Source: an uncultured Candidatus Binatia bacterium (GTDB lineage Bacteria; Desulfobacterota; Binatia; Bin18). From it: a stretch of 64,000 nt of DNA. The translations under genes and the position numbers were made by a program. The notes below the pieces were generated by a model, which was given only the letters and a program-made list of their open reading frames with translations, was not told the origin of the DNA and did not search any database. Shown here in pieces: positions 27,968 to 38,298 of the stretch. Each line of letters begins with the position of its first letter. Position 1 is the first letter of the stretch. The stretch covers positions 2,368,001 to 2,432,000 of the forward strand of contig OZ241744.1 of the NCBI GenBank assembly GCA_965200965.1, in the 5' to 3' direction.

Positions 27968-29784
27968 CGACGACAGCCCATACTCAGCCGGTTATCTGCT
28001 CTCAATCTCGTATCTTTTCTGAGTTGTTTCACACAGGGACGTTTGCCGTCCCGTGGCATCAGCGCCGCTATGATTGGACAAAAGAGCATGTTTCTGAACT
28101 GCTCCGGGATATTGACGAAGCCGTAACCGAGGAGCGGCAATGTTATTTCCTGGGTGCAATCATGCTTGTCGAAAAGGGGCCAGACACATGGGAAATTAAC
28201 GATGGACAACAACGCATGGTCACATATTCCCTTCTTTGTGCCTGCTTCTGTCGTTCGTTCAGAGAAGCGAATGATTCGCACCGTGAGCACCACGCTCTTC
28301 GCGTCCTCTTCAACATAGGCGTAAACAGCACCGCGACATTAAACGAGGCCGATAAGCTAAGTCCCCGCCTTACGCCTCCGCGTGATGACAAAACCCGCTA
28401 CAACCTGATGATTCGGGGGCATAGCATCGGAACCAACGGAAAACTTACCTCTGCATGGAGAGAAATTGAAAACTTCATTTCGGGTATGAGGCAAGAAAAA
28501 CGGGTCAGTTTTTTTGACTTTCTCCTCCAGAGGATAGAAGTAGCCTGTCTTTACATCCCTCCCGACATTGACCCAAATTCGGTTTACGAAACGATAAACT
28601 CCCGCGGCAAACAGCTGGACGATCTGGACCTTATCCGAAACTATCTGTATTCGTACTTCAATGCTGAAAGGGAAAAACCCAGGCGTGACACCATGCACGA
28701 TAATCTTGAAAGCGTGCGTAGCCAACTGAGAGAAGATATGAAGTTCAGCGATTACGCGCGGTGCTACTTTCAATGCCGGTATGGCTTTTTACCGAAAAAT
28801 CGTTTTTACAGAGAAAGCCGGGATAAAATTCGTTCCACCACTGAACGCGGTCCAACCGTGAAAAGGCCGGCAGACTATATTTATGATCTCGTCTCCGACT
28901 TTTCGCGCAAGGAACAGGTAGAACTGTTTCGAGTCGTAGCAACGCCCAGCCGTGGCGAGTCTTTCATCGGGAGATTCCTAAAGGATTCTGGAAAGGGAAA
29001 TTCACGTCGGAATCTATCTCTCTTTCTAAGAGAACTGGCGACCTATAAAGTTACACAGCCAGTAGTATTTGCGCTGCTGTGGCAGTACGAGAAGGAATCA
29101 GATGGCAGGAAAAAGAAAAGGCTGGCGAATTTTGTCCACGGAAAGCTGAAGGATTTTACTTCCTTCGTAATGCGGACCGCTTTTGTGGCACCCAAATTTG
29201 AGCCATCTCACTTCGAGAGAGAATTTTCAGACTTCGCCGAAAAAGTCGTGTCCTCAACGTCAGTATACGATATTCGCTTTGACGAATTTCTGAGAGATTG
29301 CGATGCTGCCTACACCATTTTGGACGACACAAAATTTACTGAAAGGATGAAGAAACAGGAAATGCGCGACACAAAAAAAATCAAACGGTTCTTGCTCGGC
29401 CTCAACCATGTTCTCCAATCCGACAGCGATGTTATCAACGAGTACCACTGTACCGTTGAACATATCCTCCCAAAATCTGAGCGGCACTGGCAAGAATGGG
29501 ATAACTTTGAGGGAACAAACCCGGGGGACTGGATTCACCGTATCGGCAATCTGACCTTGCTCGGACGATCTGACAACAAACCCGGTGATGCTGAAAATCG
29601 GAATTTTTCCCGAAAAAGACAGGGTTACAAACGGAGTGCAATTCTGCTTACTCAAGAAATTGGCAAACGTGACCAGTGGTCCCCGAACGAAATTGACAAG
29701 AGGCAAGAAGAACTGATCACTCGTGCTACTCATGTCTGGTCTTTCTCCGGTCAGCAACATGAAAAGACAAGACAAGAAAATTAA
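27964..29784 (+). CDS. DUF262 + DUF1524(HNH) protein, GmrSD/SspE-like nuclease
   Basis: VPWHQRRYDW, YFLGAI, DGQQR and YETINSRGKQL (DUF262); VEHILP...IGNLTLL..N (HNH). GTGA overlap with the dndC stop. Confidence 0.88.
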   Translation: MTTTAHTQPVICSQSRIFSELFHTGTFAVPWHQRRYDWTKEHVSELLRDIDEAVTEERQCYFLGAIMLVEKGPDTWEINDGQQRMVTYSLLCACFCRSFREANDSHREHHALRVLFNIGVNSTATLNEADKLSPRLTPPRDDKTRYNLMIRGHSIGTNGKLTSAWREIENFISGMRQEKRVSFFDFLLQRIEVACLYIPPDIDPNSVYETINSRGKQLDDLDLIRNYLYSYFNAEREKPRRDTMHDNLESVRSQLREDMKFSDYARCYFQCRYGFLPKNRFYRESRDKIRSTTERGPTVKRPADYIYDLVSDFSRKEQVELFRVVATPSRGESFIGRFLKDSGKGNSRRNLSLFLRELATYKVTQPVVFALLWQYEKESDGRKKKRLANFVHGKLKDFTSFVMRTAFVAPKFEPSHFEREFSDFAEKVVSSTSVYDIRFDEFLRDCDAAYTILDDTKFTERMKKQEMRDTKKIKRFLLGLNHVLQSDSDVINEYHCTVEHILPKSERHWQEWDNFEGTNPGDWIHRIGNLTLLGRSDNKPGDAENRNFSRKRQGYKRSAILLTQEIGKRDQWSPNEIDKRQEELITRATHVWSFSGQQHEKTRQEN

Positions 29785-30082
29785 GTGGACACACACCAAC
29801 ATTAGTGAAATACCGAGATCAATATCTGGGGTTTACGCTTTTTGGTGTCGAGAGAACGAGAAATGTATCTACGTTGGCAAGGCTGCTGAGCAACCAATAA
29901 GAAAGCGGCTGCTCCAGCACTGGCGTGGATCACACAACAGAACGCTGAATCTATGGATTCAGGCTTTTGGTGAACATTTGGACGTTTGCTACATGTCTGT
30001 CACACCGAGCAAAATTGACCGCTTCGAGCAGAGGTTAATCAGGCTCTGGAGACCAGAAGCAAACGTGCAACACAATCCATGA
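29759..30082 (+). CDS. Small GIY-YIG nuclease
   Basis: GVYAF...IYVGKA...IRKRLLQH...EQRLI...PEAN motifs. Confidence 0.85.
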   Translation: MKRQDKKIKWTHTNISEIPRSISGVYAFWCRENEKCIYVGKAAEQPIRKRLLQHWRGSHNRTLNLWIQAFGEHLDVCYMSVTPSKIDRFEQRLIRLWRPEANVQHNP

Positions 30083-30092
30083 GGAGGAGCAA

Positions 30093-31364
30093 ATGCCTAC
30101 AACTGTTCCGGCAATGAAATCGCAATTGGGCGACACCGAATATTTCATCTTGTCGATGAAAGCTCAAAAATTGGTGGAAATGGTCAAAATTCCCAAGGAG
30201 CTAGAGGAATGGAAAGATATGTCTGTTGAAGAGCGATATCAACGAGACATCAATTACACCCGGGTTAAAAAACAAATTGCGCCATATTTGGCCAATGATG
30301 AATCGCGGTTCTTCGGCGCGATTATCGTTGCAGCGATGAACTTCGGCGATGACGTGACATTCGAACCATTGGCCGAAATTGCCACGAAAGGCTTGCCTGG
30401 CTTGTATCGCAAGGCGGCAACCAACATGGGGTTTTTGACCTTTGGAGATGGGGAACTTCTCGTGCCGCTGGACGGCCAACATCGCCTGAAGGCGATAGAG
30501 TTTGCCATAACTGGCCGCGACGAAAAGCTGAAAGACATTCCCAATGTCATGCCCTGTACTCAACTCGCACAGGAAGATGTCACCGTTATTTTGGTCCCAT
30601 ACGTCGTGGCGAAAGCGCGCAAAATTTTTACGCGGGTCAACCGCTACGCCAGACCAACCACCACCGGACAAAACTTCGTCACCGACGATGATGATATCAT
30701 CGCCGTGTTGGCCCGCGAAATCGTGAACGACCTCATCGGCGGGCGTCTTGCCAAATACACCAGCAACACCTTGACCCCGAAAGACCCGGAGTTCACCACC
30801 CTCTCCATTGTCTACAACTGTAACAAGGAGATTCTCACCAAGGCGTTTCCAACCGGAGAACCGGATACAATCCAATTGCCCGACACCGCCAAAAGACAAC
30901 TGTACCGTGACAAGGTACGCGAAGTGTGGGAGCTCTTGCTGCAAGAAATTGAGGTCTTCGCGGACGCACTCAGCGATAAAGAAGAGACGGGCGATGAAAA
31001 ACGCCGTGAAATACGCAAAACCAATGTGCTGGGCAAGCCGGTGGGCCAGGAGTGCCTGGTGCGGGCGTTCCTTCGTCTGACAGGTTCACCCAGCAACATG
31101 GGAGACGAGAAAGCGTGCGAACGGCTGAATGCTCTGCCTTGGGCCATTACCGAGGAAAACCTGAACGTGTGGCAAAATGTCCTTTGGACAGGCGGGGTAG
31201 ACGGCAAGATCATTACCAAAAAGCGCCCCTTGGCGACGAAACTGATTGCCTGCATGGCTGGCGAGAAAATCACCGCCGAGAAAAAAGCCGGGTTGCTGAC
31301 AGAATATCGTGAGCTGTTCCCCGAAGCCGAACGCGGGAGTAAACAGTTACCTGAGTTGCCCTGA
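30093..31364 (+). CDS. dndB: DndB / DGQHR-domain protein
   Basis: YQRDINYTRV, FFGAIIV, PLDGQHRLKAI and RKIFTRVNRYA motifs; RBS GAGGAGG. Confidence 0.85.
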   Translation: MPTTVPAMKSQLGDTEYFILSMKAQKLVEMVKIPKELEEWKDMSVEERYQRDINYTRVKKQIAPYLANDESRFFGAIIVAAMNFGDDVTFEPLAEIATKGLPGLYRKAATNMGFLTFGDGELLVPLDGQHRLKAIEFAITGRDEKLKDIPNVMPCTQLAQEDVTVILVPYVVAKARKIFTRVNRYARPTTTGQNFVTDDDDIIAVLAREIVNDLIGGRLAKYTSNTLTPKDPEFTTLSIVYNCNKEILTKAFPTGEPDTIQLPDTAKRQLYRDKVREVWELLLQEIEVFADALSDKEETGDEKRREIRKTNVLGKPVGQECLVRAFLRLTGSPSNMGDEKACERLNALPWAITEENLNVWQNVLWTGGVDGKIITKKRPLATKLIACMAGEKITAEKKAGLLTEYRELFPEAERGSKQLPELP

Positions 31365-31622
31365 TTCGGAGCCTGAGTTGACAAGCCGACCGATTCGCAC
31401 GAACGACCTGGTTCGAGAGGGGGACTGACCCCTATGGACTTCCGCGCTCACCTGCTACGCGCCGTTCAGCCGCAAGGGGCGGCCCTGTTGGATGTGTTCT
31501 GGGACATGGGCCTGAACGGGTCAGACTGGCCGGTCCAGGGCGGGCGGCCCTGACAGGCGTCCGCGGTTTCGGTCTGCACCACCACCCGCGGCCGTTGGGG
31601 CCGCAATCCTTGGAGGCACAGC

Positions 31623-33056
31623 ATGGATGACACGTCTCTTCACGAGCGTTTCCGGCGCGTTGCGCCACCGGCCGATTTCTGCTCCCTGCGCCTGGTTGAG
31701 GAGCGTTCGCAACATATCGCTGTCCGCCAGGATATCGTCCAGCCCGTGACCAGCGCGGAAGACCGCGGGGCCATGATAACGGTCATTGACCGCGGCGGAC
31801 TCGGCTATGCCGCGACCGGCGACCTCAGCCAGGCCGGGCTGCGTCGGGCGGCAGAGCAGGCCCGGGCCTGGGCCTGGCGCAGCGCCGACCACAGCGTACT
31901 TGATTTTTCCCGGCTCCGGTTGGCCAGTCCGGGCGGCAGCTATGCGACACCGGTTGCGCGGCCCTGGGACTCGGTGCCGCTGGGCGAGAAAATTGACCTC
32001 GTGCGGCGCGTCTGCGAGCAACTCAAAACCGATGCGCGCATTGTCGATTGGGAGGCCAGCCTGTTCTACGCAGAGCACCAGACGCTCTATCTGGCCGAAG
32101 GCGGACAGACCCGACAGTGCCTGCGCTCTGTCGTTCCGATGCTGAGCGCCACCGCCAATGCCGGCTCAGACACCCAGATTCGGACCTTTGGCGGCCACGG
32201 CTTCTGCCGCCAGGGCGGCCTCGAAGTCCTGGACCAGACCGGATTCCAGGCTGCCGCCCCCCGGATTGCCGACGAGGCCCTGCAACTGCTGGCCGCCCCC
32301 AACTGTCCACAGGACAGGATGGATGTCCTGCTCGCCCCCGATCAGATGATGCTCCAGATCCACGAATCCATCGGCCATCCCCTGGAATTGGACCGCATTC
32401 TGGGCGACGAACGCAACTATGCCGGGACCAGCTTTGTCACCCCGGACATGTTCGGCAGCTACCGCTACGGCTCGGACCTGCTCACAGTCACCTTTGACCC
32501 CACCCGGCCCGAAGAGTTTGCCAGCTACGGCTTTGACGATGACGGCCAGCCGGCCCGGCGTGCCTGCCTGATTCGGCACGGCATTCTGCAACGCGGCCTT
32601 GGCGGGCTGAGCTCGCAGGCGCGCAGCGGCCTGCCCGGCGTGGCCACCTCCCGCGCCCAGAGCTGGAACCGGCCCCCCATAGACCGCATGGCCAACCTGA
32701 ACCTTGAGCCGGGCGAGTCCAGCTTTGCCGAGATGGTCGCCGCGGTCGAACGCGGCATCTACATGCAGACCAACACCTCGTGGTCCATAGACGACTCGCG
32801 CAACAAGTTTCAGTTTGGCTGCGAGTGGGGCCGGCTGATTGAAAACGGGCGGCTGACCAGCGTGGTCAAAAACCCGAACTACCGGGGGGTGTCGGCAACC
32901 TTCTGGCGCAACCTCACCATGGTCGGCGACCAGCTCCAGGTCCTGGGTACGCCGTACTGCGGCAAGGGCGAGCCAAACCAGACCATCCGTGTCGGCCACG
33001 CCACACCGCCGTGTCTGTTCGGCGATGTCGAAGTCTTTGGGGGTGTGGCCGGCTGA
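31623..33056 (+). CDS. tldD: TldD/PmbA family metalloprotease
   Basis: QIHESIGHPLELDRILG (HExxxH), PPIDRMANLNL and CGKGEPNQ motifs. Confidence 0.93.
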   Translation: MDDTSLHERFRRVAPPADFCSLRLVEERSQHIAVRQDIVQPVTSAEDRGAMITVIDRGGLGYAATGDLSQAGLRRAAEQARAWAWRSADHSVLDFSRLRLASPGGSYATPVARPWDSVPLGEKIDLVRRVCEQLKTDARIVDWEASLFYAEHQTLYLAEGGQTRQCLRSVVPMLSATANAGSDTQIRTFGGHGFCRQGGLEVLDQTGFQAAAPRIADEALQLLAAPNCPQDRMDVLLAPDQMMLQIHESIGHPLELDRILGDERNYAGTSFVTPDMFGSYRYGSDLLTVTFDPTRPEEFASYGFDDDGQPARRACLIRHGILQRGLGGLSSQARSGLPGVATSRAQSWNRPPIDRMANLNLEPGESSFAEMVAAVERGIYMQTNTSWSIDDSRNKFQFGCEWGRLIENGRLTSVVKNPNYRGVSATFWRNLTMVGDQLQVLGTPYCGKGEPNQTIRVGHATPPCLFGDVEVFGGVAG

Positions 33057-33187
33057 TTGCCGATGTGGTGACGGGCCAGTGCGAGGTGCGGGGGGCGGTG
33101 ACGGGATTGCCTGAGGGAGCGGAAGCGTTTGACGAAATCGTTTCGCCAAGGTAACGCCAGAAAGACCCAAGCGAGCGAAGGGCGACT

Positions 33188-34225
33188 ATGGGGCTGAAAA
33201 GAATAGAACTGGAACATTTTACCGCGTTCTCACGCCTGGAATTGGACCTTTCGCCCGGCGTCAATGTGCTGGTGGGCGCAAACGGCACGGGCAAAACCCA
33301 CCTCATGAAGGTGTGCTACGCCGCGTGCGACAGTACCAGAACAGGCCAATCGTTTGCTGAGAAGCTGGTTAGGGTATTCCTTCCATCAGGGCGCGCCATA
33401 GGACGCTTGGTCAAACGGCAAAAGGTCAGCAACAAAGGAACCATACAGGTCTATCGCAGCGAACTGAGCATGAAGGGCGCACTGCGCCTGAAGGCTGCGT
33501 TCTCGAACCACACAAAAACGCCAGAGCGGGCAACCATCACGAGCGGGCCGTGGGCAGCAGCTCCGCCAATAGAATGCGCCTATATCCCGGTGAAAGAGAT
33601 GCTTGCCCATGGACCCGGGTTCTTGTCGCTGTATGCGGAGCGCGCAATCCACTTTGAAGAGGTCTACGCAGATATTCTGCACCGGGCCTATCGTCCGCCG
33701 CCGCGCGGTCCTGCGGGCACGCTGCGGAAGCGTTTGCTCGCCAAACTGGAAAAGGCTCTTGAGGGCAAGGTCACACACAGGAATGAGGAATTTTTCCTGC
33801 GCAACAAACGGGGCAATTTTGAGTTCACCCTGCTCGCCGAGGGAATGCGTAAGCTCGGGCTGTTGTGGCTGTTGATACAGAACGGCACCTTGCCGAAGGG
33901 CTCCGTTCTGTTCTGGGATGAGCCGGAGACCAACCTGAATCCAAAGCTGATTGGACCTGTGATAGATGTTGTACTGGAGTTGCAACGTGCCGGGGTGCAG
34001 ATATTTCTGGCGACTCACGATTACGTCGTCCTTGAGGAGCTTGACCTCCAAAAAAAGGACAGCGCCAAGGTGGCTTTTCATGCGCTCTACCGGGAAGAAA
34101 CGGGCGACATAGCCTGCAACACAACGGACAGCTATCTTGACATCCACCCGAACACGATTGCAGAAGCGTTCACCGACCTGTACGACCGGGAAATTGAGCG
34201 CAGCCTGAAAGGTGCCACAGGATGA
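33188..34225 (+). CDS. ABC/AAA_21-type ATPase (AbiEii/OLD-like)
   Basis: Walker A GANGTGKT, signature LAEGMRK, Walker B LFWDEPETNLNP and ATH motif. Confidence 0.88.
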   Translation: MGLKRIELEHFTAFSRLELDLSPGVNVLVGANGTGKTHLMKVCYAACDSTRTGQSFAEKLVRVFLPSGRAIGRLVKRQKVSNKGTIQVYRSELSMKGALRLKAAFSNHTKTPERATITSGPWAAAPPIECAYIPVKEMLAHGPGFLSLYAERAIHFEEVYADILHRAYRPPPRGPAGTLRKRLLAKLEKALEGKVTHRNEEFFLRNKRGNFEFTLLAEGMRKLGLLWLLIQNGTLPKGSVLFWDEPETNLNPKLIGPVIDVVLELQRAGVQIFLATHDYVVLEELDLQKKDSAKVAFHALYREETGDIACNTTDSYLDIHPNTIAEAFTDLYDREIERSLKGATG

Positions 34226-34494
34226 CGGTTCTCACGGAAGGGAAGCTGCAACTTACCATCAGCAACGCAGTTGCCGCGCGAAAGTTTGACGATGCCAGCC
34301 ATAAGCTGAGCCACTGCATGAAGGCCGTGGACTTCGTGGTTGAGCTTTCCGACCGCTATCTGTTTATCTTACTGTTTTTGATGCCGCTGAATGCGCCGAG
34401 GAGGTTGGCATGCCGTATACGGACGCGATTGATAAAAGCGCAAATGACTATGGCGTGTTCGTCCGTCTCAGACGCTAGCCCCGTCCAATCGTGA
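34222..34494 (+). pseudogene. Probably truncated partner of the ATPase (putative PD-(D/E)xK nuclease)
   Basis: ATGA overlap with the ATPase; KFDD...MKAVDFVVE...YLFI then degenerates where an ExK motif would be expected (inference). Confidence 0.5.
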
Positions 34495-34702
34495 GATTGA
34501 GTGTATTGGCAGAAACCCGTAACCCCGTAAGAGAAAGTGCGGACCTGAACCCCAAAGCGGAGAAGGTCGCCCTGTTTGATATCGTCAAGCTATATGAGGA
34601 CTGCGGGCTTCCCAATGTATACACTCTCGATCGTATGGATAGCAGGGTGAAGAAGCTGTTTGAGGTGTTCGGTTTGCGCACGAAGCTGTGGGGGGATCGG
34701 GT

Positions 34703-35035
34703 ATGAAGAGGGATATGGAACTCGTCAGGAAGATTCTGCTGAACCTGGAGGATCATGGCACGGCTTACGGATTTGAGGGCCCTCATCCTACGGATGAGGA
34801 GGTCGATTACCATCTGTGCCTCATGGAGGAGGGAGGGATCGTTCATTGTAATTACCGTGCGATGGGTGGATCGTCCTTTCGTCTTACATGGGAAGGCCAC
34901 GAATTCCTGGATGCGGCGAGAGACGAATCGAGATGGACCGAGGCGAAGAGAAAGGTGGGGCAGCGGCTCGAACTAATTCCCTTTGATATCCTCAAAAGCC
35001 TCTTGCTCGATCTGATCAAGAGATCAATTGGCTAG
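34703..35035 (+). CDS. DUF2513 domain protein
   Basis: MKRDMELVRKILL...YHL...LTWEGHEFLDAARD motifs. Confidence 0.85.
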   Translation: MKRDMELVRKILLNLEDHGTAYGFEGPHPTDEEVDYHLCLMEEGGIVHCNYRAMGGSSFRLTWEGHEFLDAARDESRWTEAKRKVGQRLELIPFDILKSLLLDLIKRSIG

Positions 35036-35286
35036 CTCGCAGGGAAAAGGAAAAGAAGCCCCGCCCCGTCTTTTGATGGAGTGGGACTTTTCTTGTTAAA
35101 GCGGAAAAGCAATCGCAAGATTGACCGTATATGGTGAAAAATTAGCGTGAAAATGGTCGGCGACCAGCTCCAGGTCCCGGGTACGCCGTACTGCGGCAAG
35201 GGCGAGCCAAACCAGATCATCCGCGTTGGCCACGCCACACCGCCGTGCCTGTTCGTCGATGTCGAAGTCTGTGGGGGTGCTTCGTG

Positions 35287-36612
35287 ATGCAGGAGTATTT
35301 TGCCGAAATCGCCGACACTCTCGGCTCGCTGCTCAGCGGGACCGAAATTTACACCTGTAGCTTCGCGGCTGAGGACTCGGACTTTGTCCGCCTCAACCAT
35401 AACGCCATCCGCCAAGCCGGCAGCGTGAGCCAGCGCACGCTGGCGTGCGAACTGATCGAGGGCCGGCGTCATGCCTCGGGCGAGCTCACGCTGTCCGGCG
35501 ACCTGGCCCGTGACCGCCCCCGGCTGGCCAGTTGTATTGCACACCTGCGCGAGCAGTTGCCCTATCTGCCCGAAGACCCGCATCTCCTGTACGCCACCGA
35601 GGTGCAGTCCAGTGAACGCCTGGGCGAGAACCACCTGCCCGAAGACAGCGGGGCGATTGTCTCCGCGGTCATCGAGGCCGGCCGCGGGCACGACCTGGTC
35701 GGCCTGTATGCCGCCGGCGGCATCTACCGCGGGTTTGCCAACTCGCTTGGGCAGCGCAACTGGTTTTCAACCTATCCCTGTAACCTGGACTGGAGCCTGT
35801 ATGTTGAGGCCGACAAAGCGGTCAAGAGCCGCTACGCCGGTTGTGTGTGGGACCAGACCGGGTTCAGCCACAAGATGGCCGCGGCCAAGGCGCAGCTGGC
35901 CGGCCTGTCCAGGCCGGCGCGGACAATTGAGCCGGGCGAGTACCGGGTCTATCTGGCTCCGACTGCCCTGGCTGAGATTATCGCCCTGCTGTCGTGGTCT
36001 GGTTTTGGCCTCAAAGACCACCGCACCAAGCACACCAGCCTGCTCAAAATGGCTGAGGAGGGCTTGAGGCTCAGCCCCCAGGTTACGCTCCGGGAAAACA
36101 CCGCCGCGGGGGTAGCGGCCAATTTTCAGGCCGCCGGCTTTCTCAAACCCGATCAAGTGACGCTGATCCGGGCCGGTGCCCTTGGCGAGTGCCTGGTCTC
36201 GCCCCGTTCGGCCCAAGAGTACGGCGTGCCAGGCAACGGGGCCTCGGACTGGGAAATGCCGGCGTCCCTGGACCTGGCCGCCGGCACCCTCCCGGAACGT
36301 GAGGTCCTGCGGAGGCTGGATACCGGCGTGTACATCACCAACCTGTGGTATCTCAACTACTCAGACCGCAGCGCGTGTCGCATGACCGGCATGACCCGCT
36401 TTGCCACCTTGTGGGTCGAACACGGCGAGATACAGGCCCCGCTCAATGTCATGCGCTTTGACGACAGCCTGTACCGGCTGTTGGGCGACAATCTGCTCGG
36501 GCTCACCGCGGAGCGCGATGTTCTGCTTGATCCCAGCACCTATCACGCCCGCTCAACCGACAGCTTCCGGGGGCCAGGCGCACTCATCGAAGGGTTCCGC
36601 TTCACCCTGTGA
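35287..36612 (+). CDS. TldE/PmbA-like partner protein
   Basis: SDFVRLN, NLWYLNYSDR and TGMTRFAT motifs; TGATG overlap with the second tldD-end copy. Confidence 0.88.
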   Translation: MQEYFAEIADTLGSLLSGTEIYTCSFAAEDSDFVRLNHNAIRQAGSVSQRTLACELIEGRRHASGELTLSGDLARDRPRLASCIAHLREQLPYLPEDPHLLYATEVQSSERLGENHLPEDSGAIVSAVIEAGRGHDLVGLYAAGGIYRGFANSLGQRNWFSTYPCNLDWSLYVEADKAVKSRYAGCVWDQTGFSHKMAAAKAQLAGLSRPARTIEPGEYRVYLAPTALAEIIALLSWSGFGLKDHRTKHTSLLKMAEEGLRLSPQVTLRENTAAGVAANFQAAGFLKPDQVTLIRAGALGECLVSPRSAQEYGVPGNGASDWEMPASLDLAAGTLPEREVLRRLDTGVYITNLWYLNYSDRSACRMTGMTRFATLWVEHGEIQAPLNVMRFDDSLYRLLGDNLLGLTAERDVLLDPSTYHARSTDSFRGPGALIEGFRFTL

Positions 36613-36924
36613 CAGGTGGACGGATGAATACAGTATGTCCCTCGGAGGCTCTCAGCAGTGATGCTCCTTCCCGTGAGATTTCGCGGAGACGGGAGACAGG
36701 ATTTCGGTAGGAGAAACGCATGGCCAGTATCAAGCTCCTCAATCAAACCTAACGGTACTTGAGGCACTGGATAACATTGAGACATTCGTTGACCTGCGCC
36801 TCACGCGGCTTGTGCCCGAGCCCATTGCTCACCCGACCGCCTTTATCATGGCAGAATTCCACGGATTTATTCACATAGGCTGCTCCTTGCAAATCCTCCT
36901 GGAAGAAGCAAGCATGCCTGCATT

Positions 36925-38298
36925 ATGAAATGGGAAGAATTCTCTCGGTGGTTTAATCGAGATTTTTGGAGAGCCTTCAAAAATAGTACTATCCCGATCA
37001 AAATTCCTCAAAAGCATGAGGACAAAGAGGCTAAAGTACGAGAGGTTTTCGAATCCGTACAGTCTTCCCGTTATGCCGTATCCATCCCTGAAACCGAGAT
37101 TGTGGATGACAAAGGGTATGGTGTCGCCCGCACTATTCCCGTTTTCTGCATCGAAGATTACATCGTTTATTACTTTTGTATAAAAGAACTCGAGGACATC
37201 ATTTCGGGGAACCATGCCGAGAACACCTTTGGGGGTTGGACACTTGGGGGAAAACTTCGGAGACAAGAAAATTGGGAGATTGAGAGCGATATGGGCTTCT
37301 CAGGCGCTCGCTATTCGTTCAATCCACGGGCTTGGACGGTGGCCTTCGGTGAATTCAATTCGCTCCTCTTCTCGCAACTTGAAACGGGCGCTTACACTCA
37401 CGTTTTACAGTTTGATCTCTCAAACTTTTATGACTGTATACGCCTCGACATTCTGGAACGGTTGATCCGAGAAGACAGCCAACCCGATAAAGGATGGATA
37501 ATCGCGCTCTTGTTCTACTTCCTCAATCAGTAGAACCGTCGAAACACGGGTCTTCACCCCCAAGGCGTCGGCATCCCCCAAGACGCTTTGGCCGATTGCT
37601 CACGTCTGCTGGCAAATTACTATCTCCAGAGATACGACAAGTTCGCCAATCGTATTTGCTCGGAAGTAGGCGCGAATTACTTTCGCTATGCTGACGATCA
37701 AATGCTCCTCCTCAACGACACAAAGCGCATTGAAGAATTGATGCTGCTACTCACTCGTAAGCTAGACCAGTACGGTTTGAGAGTGAACCAGAAGAAAGTT
37801 ATTCTGTGGAAGGTTGAGGACCTCAAACGGAACCGTTGCCAGGATATCCAATCGATTTTCGCAAAGCCGGGCGACAAAAAAGACCCAAAGCTCGTGCGTA
37901 GATTCGTTGAGGCCTATCTGAAGCTGTCCGACAAACAACTCGCGGATACCTGGAATGCAGGTTTGCCGCTCCTGAATCGCCTTCTCTGGGCAAAACTCGA
38001 ATCATTGCCCCCAAGGCCGTTCAATAGAATCCTCGCCCGCTACACTAAAGAACGCTATCTCCTCCAGGCGGATCAGAGCAAACTTGTCCGGGTACACGAA
38101 TTGAACCAGAGACGGAAGAGACCGCCCGATCTCGAACGGCGTCTCACCGATCTCGGCAGAGTGAAGGTCCATAACAGCTTTCACTATGAATGTCTGGGGT
38201 TCGCGCGCGCGACCAAAAACCGATCGCTGGAAAAGATTTTCTACAATCGCCTCAAAGAGATAAAAAAGTTGATGGAATCAAAACGCCTTTCGTCTTAG
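36925..38298 (+). pseudogene. Reverse transcriptase (UG/Abi-like) interrupted by one in-frame TAG at 37531-37533
   Basis: ORFs 36925-37533 and 37588-38298 are in the same frame. Motifs FDLSNFYDCI, GIPQD...SRLLANYYL, YFRYADD and GLRVNQKKV. Confidence 0.88.

Larger units (their letters stand above)
32919..35279. mobile_element. Islet integrated in tldD 3' end, bounded by 127-bp imperfect direct repeats (32919-33045 and 35153-35279)
   Basis: atggtcggcgaccagctccaggtcc...gtcgaagtct.tgggggtg occurs twice; the cargo has lower GC. Confidence 0.85.

Noticed and set aside
34491-34706. 71-aa ORF as the islet integrase
   Set aside because: Only a vague resemblance to an integrase core-binding fragment; no catalytic R-H-R-Y residues.
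36925-38298. Group II intron, retron or DGR assignment of the RT
   Set aside because: No retron VTG motif, no DGR-type GxxxSQ motif, TR/VR pair or avd gene, no recognisable maturase/intron domain V, and PQG is replaced by PQD.
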